Assembly (NCBI GenBank): GCA_965223555.1
Contig: CBDCWU010000009.1
Location: forward strand, 375,619 to 439,618
DNA length: 64,000 nt
Direction of reading: 5' to 3'
Source: Candidatus Promineifilaceae bacterium
GTDB lineage: Bacteria; Chloroflexota; Anaerolineae; Promineifilales; Promineifilaceae
Made by a program: the position numbers and the translations under genes. Below the pieces are notes generated by a model. That model did no database searches and was not told the origin of the DNA. It was given only the letters and a program-made list of their open reading frames with translations. This document shows positions 1 through 10,715 of this stretch, piece by piece. Numbering within the stretch: position 1 is the first letter of the stretch; each line of letters begins with the position of its first letter.

Positions 1-325
1 CAGCTGGGTGGATTTAGCCGCACCAGGCGAACGTATTTTTAGTACTTTCCCTGGGGAAAACTTTGGCTGGTGGCAAGGAAGCTCAATGTCTGTACCTTTT
101 GTTTCAGGTCAAGTGGCACTTTTGCAAAGTTTGTATCCTGGCCTGACATTGAACCAAACGAGCAATTTTCTGGCAGGCACAGCCAGCGCGCTTGATACTC
201 AAAATCCTAACTATAGCGGTTGGCTAGGGGCTGGTGAAGTGAACATTGGCGATAGTGTAGCTAATTTAGCTGCCGGCCAGTGGCCTACCTCGTCCTCAAA
301 TTTGTTCCAAAACTGCCTACCGTAA
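1..325 (+). CDS. Subtilisin-like S8 serine peptidase, C-terminal fragment (gene starts upstream of the window)
   Basis: Frame is open from nt 2. The ...SWVDLAAPGERIFSTFP...GWWQGSSMSVPFVSGQVALL motif matches the subtilase catalytic-Ser region (GTSMAAPHVAG-like). Confidence 0.75.
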   Translation, partial: SWVDLAAPGERIFSTFPGENFGWWQGSSMSVPFVSGQVALLQSLYPGLTLNQTSNFLAGTASALDTQNPNYSGWLGAGEVNIGDSVANLAAGQWPTSSSNLFQNCLP

Positions 326-410
326 AAGACCCTTGTAGTACTTTGGTACTATTTCAAGGGTGTGTGTATTTTTTCGGCCGTTTTCTGCATTTATTTCCTG
401 AGAAGAGGAG

Positions 411-451
411 GAGGAACTCGTTGAAGTGATGTTTCATTTCACGAGTTCCTC
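411..451. other. Imperfect inverted repeat (gaggaactcg ... cgagttcctc) between the S8 and M4 protease genes; no T-run
   Basis: 10-bp arms seen directly in the sequence. Function unknown; possibly a transcript-processing or regulatory hairpin. Confidence 0.3.
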
Positions 452-558
452 ACTGTTCCCCATTCCCACACTCAGGAGGTTTTATGTAGTTGGTTTCGTT
501 TCTCTTTTCATCTACGTTGTCTGGATTATATAAATATCAAAAGGAGTTTATTTCATAT

Positions 559-2337
559 ATGTTACGTTCAAATAAGACCCAAAAGGTTTTCTTGATGATG
601 ATTCTGTTAACTTTAACAGTTTCTATTTTAACAGCCTCGCTGGCAGCGGCAGAGGTTGAGGTTGCCGTTAGTGATGGCTTTGTGGCCCTTAATGGTAACG
701 ACGCGAAAGATTACCAGATCCCCTCCGATATGAATTTGGTATCACAGGAGACGCTAGCTAGTAATAGCTTTGCAGCCAATATCTCGGTCGAGCGATACCA
801 ACAATATTTAGGCGAAGCGGCCGTTTTTGGCGGGCAATTGACCATATATCGTGATGGTAATGGGGATGCTGTAGCTGTTATTGGCGCTCACTATGCCAAT
901 GTCTCCCCCCAAAACAGTGTAAATCTAACGGCTACTGAAGCGCGTCGCCGAGCAATGATTCAAATCGAACGGGGTGGCACTTGGCTGGTTGAGTTGATGA
1001 TTCACCCTGACACAGGCCATTACTTCTACATTGTGGAAAACCAACGTGTTGATAGCCGCTGGTTCCATTGGATTGATGCTGGTCATGGTGGTATCTTGAA
1101 TGCCTATAATGGGTTGGCGCATGGCACAGGTGTGGGTGTCTTAGGGGACACCAAAGACTTGACGGGTCTAACAACTCAGAATGGTAGCCAATATGAGATG
1201 GTCTCAGCTAACGGCCGTATCACCACTTATGACGGCCGTAATCGTGGTGACAACTTTTTACCCGGTGTGTTAGCAACAGATAGTGACGATATTTGGGATA
1301 CTGCTGGAAACAAATCCCCTGGCCAGCCTGCCTTAGTAGATGCCCATTTCTATGCCAACGTCACCGATCAATATTTGCAAACAGTGCATGGATTTGATTG
1401 GCTCAACCATTACTCGCAAGGCATTGTCTCCACAGCCCACTATAAACGTAGGCTCAATAATGCTTATTGGACTGGCTCCCAAATGCTTTATGGCGATGGG
1501 GACGGCTCGAGCTTCATCGAGCTCTCTGGCGAGTTGGATGTAGTTGGCCATGAACTAGCTCACGGTGTGACTGAAGCTACCAGTAATCTAGTTTATCAAA
1601 ACGAATCTGGCGCACTCAATGAAGCCTTCTCTGATATTATGGGCACTTCTATTGAGTATTATGATGGCAGTGGCAACTGGACAATTGGCGAAGACATTAC
1701 ACCTAATGATAATGGCATCCGTAACATGGCGAATCCTGGCGAAGATGGTGATCCTTCTCATTATGCCGATCGTTATACGGGCACAGGCGATAATGGTGGC
1801 GTACATATCAACAGCGGTATTGCCAACCACTGGTTCTATCTATTGGTCAATGGCGGTCAAAATGCCGATCCAACCTATGCTTCGGGCCAGAATGTCACAG
1901 GCATTGGCCTAGCAGCAGCAGCAGATATTGCTTTCTTAGGCTTCACTGCCTTGACAGCCAGTGCTGATTTCTGTGATGCACGGGCCAGCACGATTGCTGT
2001 CGCTGGCGGCAATGCAGCCAATGTAACAGACGCTTGGGATGAGGTCGGTGTAGATGACGCGCTTTGTAATAACACAGGCAATGGTGACGGCCCAGTTATT
2101 TCCAATGTCGCTTCGGCCAAACTCAATGGTCGCTCCTTTGAAATTACCTGGGACACCGATGTGGCTTCCGATAGCACTGTAACCTTCACCTGTTGTGGCA
2201 CTTATAATGATCCGGCTCAAGTAACCAGCCACCGGATGACCTTTAATGGTCAAAAGAATGTACTGTATGAATATTTTGTAACTTCCGAGAATAATGATGG
2301 CTCGACAACGGAAGGGCCATTCTATCATCAAAATTAG
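559..2337 (+). CDS. Secreted M4 (thermolysin-like) zinc metallopeptidase with C-terminal Fn3/PKD-like extension
   Basis: HEXXH motif (VVGHELAHGVTE) and downstream NEAFSDIMG glutamate motif, typical of M4. N-terminal signal peptide (MLRSNKTQKVFLMMILLTLTVSILTASLAAA). RBS AAGGAG at 541-546. The track ORF starts at 490, but 559 is the better start. Confidence 0.8.
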   Translation: MLRSNKTQKVFLMMILLTLTVSILTASLAAAEVEVAVSDGFVALNGNDAKDYQIPSDMNLVSQETLASNSFAANISVERYQQYLGEAAVFGGQLTIYRDGNGDAVAVIGAHYANVSPQNSVNLTATEARRRAMIQIERGGTWLVELMIHPDTGHYFYIVENQRVDSRWFHWIDAGHGGILNAYNGLAHGTGVGVLGDTKDLTGLTTQNGSQYEMVSANGRITTYDGRNRGDNFLPGVLATDSDDIWDTAGNKSPGQPALVDAHFYANVTDQYLQTVHGFDWLNHYSQGIVSTAHYKRRLNNAYWTGSQMLYGDGDGSSFIELSGELDVVGHELAHGVTEATSNLVYQNESGALNEAFSDIMGTSIEYYDGSGNWTIGEDITPNDNGIRNMANPGEDGDPSHYADRYTGTGDNGGVHINSGIANHWFYLLVNGGQNADPTYASGQNVTGIGLAAAADIAFLGFTALTASADFCDARASTIAVAGGNAANVTDAWDEVGVDDALCNNTGNGDGPVISNVASAKLNGRSFEITWDTDVASDSTVTFTCCGTYNDPAQVTSHRMTFNGQKNVLYEYFVTSENNDGSTTEGPFYHQN

Positions 2338-2362
2338 GCACAAGGGCCAATTGGCGTAAGAA

Positions 2363-2390
2363 AAGGGGATGCGAGACATCCCCTTTTTTT
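2363..2390 (+). terminator. Rho-independent terminator after the M4 protease gene
   Basis: Stem aaggggatg/catcccctt with a 5-nt loop, followed by TTTTTTT. Confidence 0.7.
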
Positions 2391-2465
2391 ACGCGGCGTT
2401 TACTAGGAAAACGGCCGTTTCCCCTTACAATGAGTGTACGATTTTAGACTGATAAGGAGATAACC

Positions 2466-2894
2466 ATGACATTCCAACTTTCTGACCCCGCCGAAGCCTA
2501 TATCTCACTTGTTTTTGCCATTAGTGCCGCCGATGGCGACTTTAATCCCAGTGAATTTCAATCGTCCCACAGCTTGTTCGATAATCTGCCCGCTTTTCAG
2601 CGTCATGACGATGAGGCAATTGCCAATTTCTGGATTGATATGACACGCAACTTTTTTGAGGAGTTTAGCAGCGGTGGCAGTTTGAGCAGACGTGAAGCAG
2701 AGGATTTGATCGGTGCGGTAAAAATGGTGTTGCCCGTAGATCAATATGAGATGGCTTATGCAATTACTTTACAAACGGCCGTTGCTGATGGCCTCCAAAC
2801 ACGCGAGCAGCAATTTCTCTCACAGCTCCAACACAGCCTTAATATCAACGATATCGAGGCAGAAAATATCCTAGCGCATGCACAGGGACATTAG
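2466..2894 (+). CDS. Hypothetical protein, possibly TerB-like helical domain
   Basis: 142-aa ORF. The ISAADGDFNPSEF motif resembles TerB-family AADG segments. Weak assignment. Confidence 0.35.
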   Translation: MTFQLSDPAEAYISLVFAISAADGDFNPSEFQSSHSLFDNLPAFQRHDDEAIANFWIDMTRNFFEEFSSGGSLSRREAEDLIGAVKMVLPVDQYEMAYAITLQTAVADGLQTREQQFLSQLQHSLNINDIEAENILAHAQGH

Positions 2895-2971
2895 GGCAAC
2901 GGCCGTTTTGAGCTTTTAGGGCCAATTCCAAAAAAAACATCCAGGTTTGAAGGGATTTTTGGAGTCGGCTT

Positions 2972-3048
2972 GAGGCTTTTTCAGAATATATTGGATAAAA
3001 ATTTTTTCTGAAAAAGCCTAGATAAGTGATTGTAAGATCAATCACTTA
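2972..3048 (-). terminator. Two stem-loops immediately downstream of efp (bidirectional terminator region)
   Basis: Inverted repeats aggctttttcaga/tctgaaaaagcct and taagtgattg/caatcactta, with T-rich flanks on both strands. Confidence 0.5.
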
Positions 3049-3053
3049 CTCCC

Positions 3054-3611
3054 TTACACACGGGTCAAATATTCACCAGTCGTCGTATTAATCCGAATGC
3101 GGTCACCAGCCTGAACAAAGAGAGGGGTTTTCACCTTCAATCCTGTCTGGGTAACAACTTCTTTAGTGGCCCCAGAAGCTGTGTCACCTGCAATAGCATT
3201 TTCAGCCTCTACCACATCAAATTCCATCGTAATAGGCAGATCATAATCAAGCACTTCTCCTTCATAGGAGAGAAGTTCCATCTCCATATTATCGACCATA
3301 TATTTGGCATCGTCGCCAATAACATCGTGGTTAATCATCTTTTGTTCGTAGGTGTCTATATCCATAAAGACATAGAAACGGCCGTCGTCGTATAGGTATT
3401 GGAACGGCCGTTTTTCTAATCGTATATCATTCACCCGGTCACCCGAAGTAAATGTCAGTTGCAAATTCGCGCCACTACGTAAATTTCGCACATTGACCCG
3501 AATCGTTGCTTTACCACGTCCTGGTTTGCTATGGCTATATTCTGTTACCTTGAACAAGTTGCCATCATGTTCAAAACTCGTGCCACGACGCAGTTGGTTT
3601 ACATCAATCAT
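3054..3611 (-). CDS. efp: Elongation factor P
   Basis: 185 aa. N-terminal MIDVNQLRRGTSFEHDGNLFKVTEYSHSKPGRGKA is the classic EF-P KOW-like fold with the conserved KPGKG loop. Confidence 0.9.
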   Translation of the reverse strand: MIDVNQLRRGTSFEHDGNLFKVTEYSHSKPGRGKATIRVNVRNLRSGANLQLTFTSGDRVNDIRLEKRPFQYLYDDGRFYVFMDIDTYEQKMINHDVIGDDAKYMVDNMEMELLSYEGEVLDYDLPITMEFDVVEAENAIAGDTASGATKEVVTQTGLKVKTPLFVQAGDRIRINTTTGEYLTRV

Positions 3612-4174
3612 TTACATTGCTCCTCATATCTACAATTTTTGTATTGGTCAAGAGTAGCTTGAACTATGCAGTGCACAAAGAAAAACTCATTCTTTTCTCT
3701 GTGAAACTCTGTGCCTTCTCCGTGTGTCTCTGTGTAACTTTCTTTTGACCATTACCCATATCTACAATTTTCCTGATCTGGCGAAAATTATACCTGCCAA
3801 AGTGACCGAACACCTACACTATTACGCCATTCACGAACGCCAGAATCCTTGATATTTTTCTCATCAGCTAGGGGGTCTGCCTCACACAAAGGGGTCAGGA
3901 CGGGACCGACGACTCCACCACAAAACGGCCGCTGACGAACCAACCAACAGTACCAAACCACCGACAAACCAAAGCAAATCCGCCAATGGCACTGCACTAC
4001 TGATTCTAATGCGACCCAATTCAATGACTAAAGGCCATAATGGTGTCATCATAGACCAAAGTTTAACATACTTGCCAGAAGGAGAGCAAAGACAGGCCAA
4101 ACGGCCGTTGTCCCATCCAGCCCTGGCAATGGTATACTTAATCTAAATTCTCCAATTTCTACGAGAGGTACAAA

Positions 4175-5131
4175 ATGTCTTATCAAACTGAACCCTTTAA
4201 CGTATCTGCTTATGGCGGTGAGGGCTGGTCTCCCCGTACCAACTCACTGGCTGAAGAACTCGGCACCATCTGGGGCCAAGCCGGCATAAACAATGAATGG
4301 TCACGTCTCAAATCCGTCTTGCTACATCGCCCTGGCACCGAGCTGAATGCCTCAGCCGATCCCAACAGCGTACAAATGATTGAGCCACTGGACCTGTCTC
4401 GTGCCCAGGCTCAACATGATGGCATTGCCGCGGCCTATCGTAATGCTGGGGTAACCGTCCACTATGCCGAGCCTAATTGTCAACCTACGCCCAATCAAAT
4501 GTTCGTCGCCGATCTCATGTTTGCCACACCAGAAGGCGTGATACTAGCCCGGCCCGCCTCCACCATCCGCGCCGGCGAAGAACGATATGTGGCCCGCCGC
4601 CTAGCCGATATGGGTGTCCCCATCATCCGCAGCATACGCGGCCAAGGCACCTTTGAGGGAGCTGATGCCGCCTGGATTGATCCCCAAACCGTCATCTTAG
4701 GACGTGGCTTACGTACTAATGACGAGGGCGCGGCCCAAGTCACCAGCACATTGAACGAGATGGGCGTGGAAGTCATTCAAGTAGATTTACCCTTTGGCTC
4801 CATGCACCTGATGGGGATGTTGCGCTTTTTTGATCGTGATCTGGCCATTGCTTGGCCTAGACGATTCGTGCATAAAGGCGTGGAAGCCCTCAAAGCACAC
4901 GGCTATAAAGTTGTCTATTTGCCAGATGAACAAGAAGCCACACGTGGCAAAGCCTTTAATTTTGTGACACTTGGTCCCTGTGAAATTCTGATGGCCGCCG
5001 GGAACCCCAATGCTCAAGCATTTTATGAGAGCCTGGGTGTTACTTGCCATCCCGTGCCAGTAGATGAGCTAGGTAAGGCAGCAGGGGCAATTGGTTGCCT
5101 AACAGGAATTGTGGAGAGAGAAGGGGTGTAG
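4175..5131 (+). CDS. Amidinotransferase-superfamily hydrolase (DDAH / arginine deiminase-like)
   Basis: 318 aa with a C-terminal catalytic-Cys context (GAIGCLTG), typical of the dimethylarginine dimethylaminohydrolase / arginine deiminase fold. Confidence 0.5.
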   Translation: MSYQTEPFNVSAYGGEGWSPRTNSLAEELGTIWGQAGINNEWSRLKSVLLHRPGTELNASADPNSVQMIEPLDLSRAQAQHDGIAAAYRNAGVTVHYAEPNCQPTPNQMFVADLMFATPEGVILARPASTIRAGEERYVARRLADMGVPIIRSIRGQGTFEGADAAWIDPQTVILGRGLRTNDEGAAQVTSTLNEMGVEVIQVDLPFGSMHLMGMLRFFDRDLAIAWPRRFVHKGVEALKAHGYKVVYLPDEQEATRGKAFNFVTLGPCEILMAAGNPNAQAFYESLGVTCHPVPVDELGKAAGAIGCLTGIVEREGV

Positions 5132-5188
5132 GGCTAACAGCCATCAGTCAGCAGTGTAGAACTGCTGACTGATGGCTGCTGACTGAGA

Positions 5189-5944
5189 TTAGTGATGCAG
5201 AATCTGAGACAAAAACAGCTTCAATCGATCATCTTTGGGATTCTCAAAGAACTCATCTGGGTTATTGGTTTCCAAGATTCGACCATGATCCATGAAAATA
5301 ATACGATCAGCCACACCACGAGCAAAACCCATCTCGTGTGTCACAGCTAGAATTGTATACCCTTCCCGGGCTAGATCGGCCATCACTTCTAATACTTCCT
5401 TTACCATCTCCGGGTCTAGAGCCGAGGTTGGCTCATCAAATAGCAAAACCTCTGGTTCCATGGTCAAAGTACGGGCTATAGCCACACGCTGTTGTTGACC
5501 ACCGGACAGTTGCCCTGGATATTTGTTGGCCTGCTCAGGAATACCAACACGGGTCAACCACTTCATACCAATTTCTTCCGACTTTTCCCGTGACCATTTA
5601 CGAACGTTGATTGGTGCCAGGGTAATATTCTCCATAATTGTCAAATGGGGAAATAGGTTAAATTGTTGGAACACCATACCCACTTCACGCCGTATCTCAG
5701 CAATGTTACGTACATCATAACTCAAGGGTATGCCCTTAACGACGATATCTCCTTGACTATGCTCTTCAAGACGATTAATGGCCCGAATAAAGGTGGACTT
5801 GCCCGAGCCTGATGGCCCCAAGATAACAATCACTTCACCTTGCTTGACAGTTAAATTAACCCCCTTTAGGGCTTCGTATTCACCATACCACAAATGGACA
5901 TCTCGAACTTCAATGACGGTTTCAGCCATCGGATTTACAGCCAT
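5189..5944 (-). CDS. Polar amino-acid ABC transporter ATP-binding protein (AapP/GlnQ-like)
   Basis: Walker A GPSGSGKST, ABC signature LSGGQQQRVAIARTL, Walker B LLFDEPTSALD. Confidence 0.9.
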   Translation of the reverse strand: MAVNPMAETVIEVRDVHLWYGEYEALKGVNLTVKQGEVIVILGPSGSGKSTFIRAINRLEEHSQGDIVVKGIPLSYDVRNIAEIRREVGMVFQQFNLFPHLTIMENITLAPINVRKWSREKSEEIGMKWLTRVGIPEQANKYPGQLSGGQQQRVAIARTLTMEPEVLLFDEPTSALDPEMVKEVLEVMADLAREGYTILAVTHEMGFARGVADRIIFMDHGRILETNNPDEFFENPKDDRLKLFLSQILHH

Positions 5945-6024
5945 GTTATTTTCTCCTTATTTTCAACTTGCCTTGTTCTGGTTAGCCATACTCTACTGAT
6001 CTGATCTTAACTATTTGTCACTAT

Positions 6025-7719
6025 TTAGCGTTCCCCCACACCCAGCCTAGCTTCCAACCGACGGCTGTAAGCAGACATAGCAAAACTAACTAAAAAGTAA
6101 AAAACGGCCATAGCATAATAAAGTTCTTTTTTGAGGCCTAGCCACTGCGGATTACCCACAATAGTAGTAGCAATACCTACTAAATCAAATAGACCCACAA
6201 TGGAAACGAGGGATGAGGATTTGAAGTTACCAATAAACGACCCCACCAAAGCAGGGATCAAAACTCGCAAAGCCTGCGGAAAAATGACAAAACGCATTTT
6301 TTGCAGTGTATTGAGCCCTAACGCATCGGCAGCCTCAAACTGCCCTTTGGGGATAGCCTGCAAGCCGCCCCGAATCAGTTCGGCCATATAAGCCGCAGCA
6401 AAGACGGTATAGCCAACGATAACAGCGTAAGGATTAGGTATTTTGGTTCCTTCTGGGAAGAAGAAAGGAGCCATGATGATGGCCATAAACAGCAAAGTAA
6501 TCAGAGGCACACCCCGCACAATTTCAATAAAGGCTGTTGATGAGGCCGCCACCACATTGCCCTTGAAAACTCGTTGCAGCACGAAAGCAATCGCCAAAAT
6601 CAAAAGAGGCCAGAAAGCGATTATTGTTTCAATGGGGTTGCGCGCATCCTCTAATAGTTGGGGTGTAGTCGTGAAGCCCCAAATGGTAGCAATAATAGCC
6701 ACTGGCCAAGTAATCCAATTAGGGATGCCGCGCACCTCACTACGCCGTCCCAAAGCCAACAACATGCCCACAGGGAAGGAAAGCAAGATGACAGACACAG
6801 CAATGATCAGGGTCAGCATCAGCCCGCCCCAAGTATCTACGTTGATGGCAGGAAAAGCTTCGCTGCGAGCAATGAGTCGCCATACAACGTAGGCGATCGG
6901 CCAAGCGGCAGCGGTAATAATCAAGCTGACAGGGTTAAATTTGATAACTTTTTGCCACCAAAGTAGTCCATAAATAGCCAGCAACACGACGATGCCACCA
7001 ATTAGGGTACCGAAATTGATGAGACTGCTGCCCGGCTCATAAGCAATGCCATTGATGAGAATGAATAGGATAATAGGCGAGAGAAGCCATAAATACGTCA
7101 GGGTTTGACGCAGAGGCTTCACCCGCTCCCATACCCCTGTTCGATTGGCAGCAAAGGTTACAATAGCCAGAAGGAGGAACATGTAAACGGCCACTTGCAC
7201 ACGGGGTACGTGTATTCTGTCTAGGCGGCCATAATATAGAAGGTCTCTAGCGCCACCATTCTCGGACGAGGCCAGCCAGCCCCATGTGCCGCCAGTATTG
7301 GTACGCACATCAGGCGCAGTGAGGGCCGGATCAAAGGTGGCATTGGTCACAGCGTAACTCCAGGCTCCACGGAAAGCAGCAGCCAGAAGCAGCATGAGGA
7401 AGAGGGTTAACAGAGCATTGGACACAGAGCCAACGAGATTGGCTCCCAGCCAATCTCCTACTCTAGTGTGACGTTGGAACAGTCCACTAGCAATGGCCAG
7501 TATGAGAAAGGCTGCCCACACTACCAGAATAATAATGGTCCAAAGTGGCTCAGCAGAAAGTTGGCTTATCGTATAAAAAACTGTGATCAGCCCTAAAACA
7601 GCCACCCATATCATTAATCCAACAGAGCCAGTAACATTATCTTGCAAAAAATAATCCCAACGGAAACGTCGCCCAATGGAACTTCTTAAATCTGTGAATG
7701 ATTGCGTTATCGCTGTCAT
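6025..7719 (-). CDS. Amino-acid ABC transporter permease (AapM/HisM family, extended N-terminal membrane domain)
   Basis: EAA-like loop region EAADALGLNTLQKMRFVIFPQALRVLIP. Polytopic membrane protein of 564 aa. Confidence 0.8.
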   Translation of the reverse strand: MTAITQSFTDLRSSIGRRFRWDYFLQDNVTGSVGLMIWVAVLGLITVFYTISQLSAEPLWTIIILVVWAAFLILAIASGLFQRHTRVGDWLGANLVGSVSNALLTLFLMLLLAAAFRGAWSYAVTNATFDPALTAPDVRTNTGGTWGWLASSENGGARDLLYYGRLDRIHVPRVQVAVYMFLLLAIVTFAANRTGVWERVKPLRQTLTYLWLLSPIILFILINGIAYEPGSSLINFGTLIGGIVVLLAIYGLLWWQKVIKFNPVSLIITAAAWPIAYVVWRLIARSEAFPAINVDTWGGLMLTLIIAVSVILLSFPVGMLLALGRRSEVRGIPNWITWPVAIIATIWGFTTTPQLLEDARNPIETIIAFWPLLILAIAFVLQRVFKGNVVAASSTAFIEIVRGVPLITLLFMAIIMAPFFFPEGTKIPNPYAVIVGYTVFAAAYMAELIRGGLQAIPKGQFEAADALGLNTLQKMRFVIFPQALRVLIPALVGSFIGNFKSSSLVSIVGLFDLVGIATTIVGNPQWLGLKKELYYAMAVFYFLVSFAMSAYSRRLEARLGVGER

Positions 7720-7721
7720 AA

Positions 7722-9413
7722 TTATCTCTCCGCCAGTACAACGTAATTGTTATTGTACCAATTAAGTATTATCGAAAAGACGATGCTAATCGCCAAATAA
7801 ACCAGCATCATCAGGATAACCAACTGCAAGGAACGGCCCGACTGGTTAATCGTCACATTTGAAACACGGTACATATCTGAAAAACCTAAGGCCAGACCCA
7901 AACTCGTATCCTTAATTAGGCTGAGATAGGTGCCAATCAGGGGAGGAATAATAACCCTTAAGGATTGTGGCAAGACCACTAGCCGGAGTCGTTGACTTTC
8001 GCTCAAACCTAACGCACGGGCTGCTTCTGACTGTCCTTTAGACACAGATTGAATGCCGGCCCGTACCAACTCAGCCAGACCGCCACCATAAAATAGTACC
8101 AAACCTATGAGTAACGCAGTGAATTCTGGTGTTAACTTGGTGCCACCAGCGATGTTCAAACCTTCGAAGGCGGGCACACTCCAAACAACTGGCTTTTCGC
8201 TGACAGGCACAATAAGATGCCCATTAGGATTTTCCAAAGTGACACGCTCTGCTGCTAATACAGACTTGGGAGCAGCAAATACTTCACAGCTCCCTTCGCC
8301 ATAGGCCTCTGCTGCTTGGTCAGCCCGATCAAAGCGGGTGATCTGGTAAGGAATACCTTGCCGACGTAACTGTGAAATAAAGTTAGCTTCCGACGGTGAA
8401 TCCCGCAAGACACAGATGGTGAGCGCGGCCGCGGCCAGATCCTCTTCCGATAATTGATCTAGTTCGCCGATAATATTGACACCAGTGCGATTGATCATCA
8501 ACTGCTCAATATCGCCTACTTCTCGAATCCGGCTGGCCTTTGTTGCTAACAAACCTTGCGTATCTGACAAAGCACCAGACACAAACCAACCAATGCCAAT
8601 GACGATGAGGAAAGAGAGGATGCCCAAACCCACTTTGTTACTGGCCTTGCCCGTTTGTTCTTCACGGCGGCCTAAAAAGATAGAGAGTACCTGATATTGA
8701 ATAACACCTAATACCAGAAATGCCAGCCAGATGGCAGCCGATGAAGTAAATTGCGGCCAAGGGAAGTTTAAGCCGCGATTATTAAAGAAGATGGGCAGTC
8801 CCAATAGTTGCACAGTATCTTGGAGATCTGGCCCAGCTAAAATAACGCCAAAATACAAAATAAATAGCACGATCAACAGGGGGATGTTACGCATCAACTC
8901 CACATACCATAGAGCGATTTGGCTTATCAGCCAATTGCTAGATAGGCGGGCAATACCGGCCAAGGTACCCACAATTGAAGTTAGGAGCACCCCCAAAAGC
9001 CCCACCTTCATGGTGTTCAAAAAGCCTTGATAGAAGGCATACCAATAAGAGTCGGTGGTTTCATAAGGCAAAACGGTTTCGCTAATATCAAAACCAGCCT
9101 GTGTACTCATGAAATCGAAGGCACAGCGGTAACTAAAGCTGCCATCCGAACAAATAAACTGGGATTCACCCAATTTGCCGACATTTGAAGCAAAGTTCGT
9201 GCCTAAAGTTTGGACAGCGATTATCACCAAGATAATGAAGCCAATTTGCCCAAACACGCCTAACACACGGCCGTCCCGCCAAAAAGGGATATTTTGGGTA
9301 GGGGCAGCACTTATTTCTGGTCCCATAATTCTCTCTCCTTCCCGAATCCTAATCCAAGCTAAACCAAGCCAACTGCCCAACAGGGTTTTCCCTGTTGGAA
9401 AGTAGACATCCAA
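7722..9413 (-). CDS. Amino-acid ABC transporter permease (AapQ/HisQ family, extended)
   Basis: SEAARALGLSESQRLRLVVLPQSLRVIIP permease signature. 563 aa. Sits 2 nt upstream of the second permease. Confidence 0.8.
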   Translation of the reverse strand: MDVYFPTGKTLLGSWLGLAWIRIREGERIMGPEISAAPTQNIPFWRDGRVLGVFGQIGFIILVIIAVQTLGTNFASNVGKLGESQFICSDGSFSYRCAFDFMSTQAGFDISETVLPYETTDSYWYAFYQGFLNTMKVGLLGVLLTSIVGTLAGIARLSSNWLISQIALWYVELMRNIPLLIVLFILYFGVILAGPDLQDTVQLLGLPIFFNNRGLNFPWPQFTSSAAIWLAFLVLGVIQYQVLSIFLGRREEQTGKASNKVGLGILSFLIVIGIGWFVSGALSDTQGLLATKASRIREVGDIEQLMINRTGVNIIGELDQLSEEDLAAAALTICVLRDSPSEANFISQLRRQGIPYQITRFDRADQAAEAYGEGSCEVFAAPKSVLAAERVTLENPNGHLIVPVSEKPVVWSVPAFEGLNIAGGTKLTPEFTALLIGLVLFYGGGLAELVRAGIQSVSKGQSEAARALGLSESQRLRLVVLPQSLRVIIPPLIGTYLSLIKDTSLGLALGFSDMYRVSNVTINQSGRSLQLVILMMLVYLAISIVFSIILNWYNNNYVVLAER

Positions 9414-9521
9414 TTTCCTTACTTAATAAGTTAACCCAGGTCGAATGTCTATATAATCAATTGTTAAAGACCAAAGAGGCGAACTTGTTTAAGTGTTCGC
9501 CTCTTTGGTTATCGTTTATTA

Positions 9522-10715
9522 TTAACGGAATGGTGGCGAGTACAACAGGCCGCCATCTGTCCATAGAGCATTCACACCGCGAGGCAGGTCAAACTTGAAG
9601 GGGGAATCGGGGCCAAGATTGGCCAGATAAATCTCTTCGTAATTGCCCACTTGTTTGATGATCTGGTAACAGAAATCATTATTCAAGCCCATAGCTGAAC
9701 CTAAATCACCCTCAACGCCAAGCAGGTTCAAGATTTCGGGATCGTCACTGCCCAACATTTCGTCCACATTCTGGGAATTTACGCCCTTTTCTTCGGCTTG
9801 CATGGTGCAGAAGGTAGACCATTGCACGATGTCAAACCAGTTATCATCGCCATGACGTACTAGTGGGCCAAGAGGCTCTTTAGACATGGTGACTTCCAAG
9901 ATAACATGGTCGGAAGGCTCGGTCATAATCACTTGTCCGCTAACCAGGCCAGATTTATCCGTCGTATATCCGTCACAACGCCCCTCGTCATAAGAGATAC
10001 GTGCATTATCGCCTTCAAAGGTAACGGCTTCATAGTTGATACCGAGGCTCGACATCACAGAGGCCAGGTTTAGCTCAGTAGTGGTACCAGCAGTCACACA
10101 TACGGAACCGCCTTCGAGGCCTTCTAGATCGGTAATGCCGGAATCTTTACGCACCATCATGCCTTGCCCATCGTAGAAGGTTGTGGCCACAAAGTTGAAG
10201 CCCAAGGCTGTATCACGGGTCGTGGTCCAAGTGGTCTGGCGTGAAAGCAAATCTACCTCACCAGATTGCAGGATGGGGAAGCGCTCGGTGGATGTATTGG
10301 GACGGGCAACAACGGCATCGGCATCGCCAAAGACGGCGGCTGCTATGACACGGCAATATTCCCAGTCAAAGCCAGAATAGCTGCCGTCGGCCTCAATAAA
10401 GCCAAAACCTGGCGAGGCACCTTGGGGTACACCACAAATTAGCTCGCCGCGATCTTGGACTGTTTGTAGGGTATCGCCCCCACCAGCAAATTCAATGGCC
10501 TCGGCTGCACCACCAGCAACAGCGTCGCCTGCCGCAGAAACGGCCGCTTCTGCGGTGGCTTGGGCATCTGCCAATTGTTGAGTTAAATCATCAATTTGGC
10601 CTTGTAAAGCGGCTGAATCGCCACTATCTCCACCACCACAGGCTACGATACCGAGGCTCAGAATAAGCATTGCAACAATAAATTTGATTCGTTTTGTCAT
10701 TTGTCTCTCCTCCAA
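9522..10715 (-). CDS. Amino-acid ABC transporter substrate-binding lipoprotein (family 3 SBP, AapJ-like)
   Basis: Lipoprotein signal with lipobox IVAC. SBP_bac_3-like core. First gene of a four-gene minus-strand operon. Confidence 0.75.
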   Translation of the reverse strand: MEERQMTKRIKFIVAMLILSLGIVACGGGDSGDSAALQGQIDDLTQQLADAQATAEAAVSAAGDAVAGGAAEAIEFAGGGDTLQTVQDRGELICGVPQGASPGFGFIEADGSYSGFDWEYCRVIAAAVFGDADAVVARPNTSTERFPILQSGEVDLLSRQTTWTTTRDTALGFNFVATTFYDGQGMMVRKDSGITDLEGLEGGSVCVTAGTTTELNLASVMSSLGINYEAVTFEGDNARISYDEGRCDGYTTDKSGLVSGQVIMTEPSDHVILEVTMSKEPLGPLVRHGDDNWFDIVQWSTFCTMQAEEKGVNSQNVDEMLGSDDPEILNLLGVEGDLGSAMGLNNDFCYQIIKQVGNYEEIYLANLGPDSPFKFDLPRGVNALWTDGGLLYSPPFR

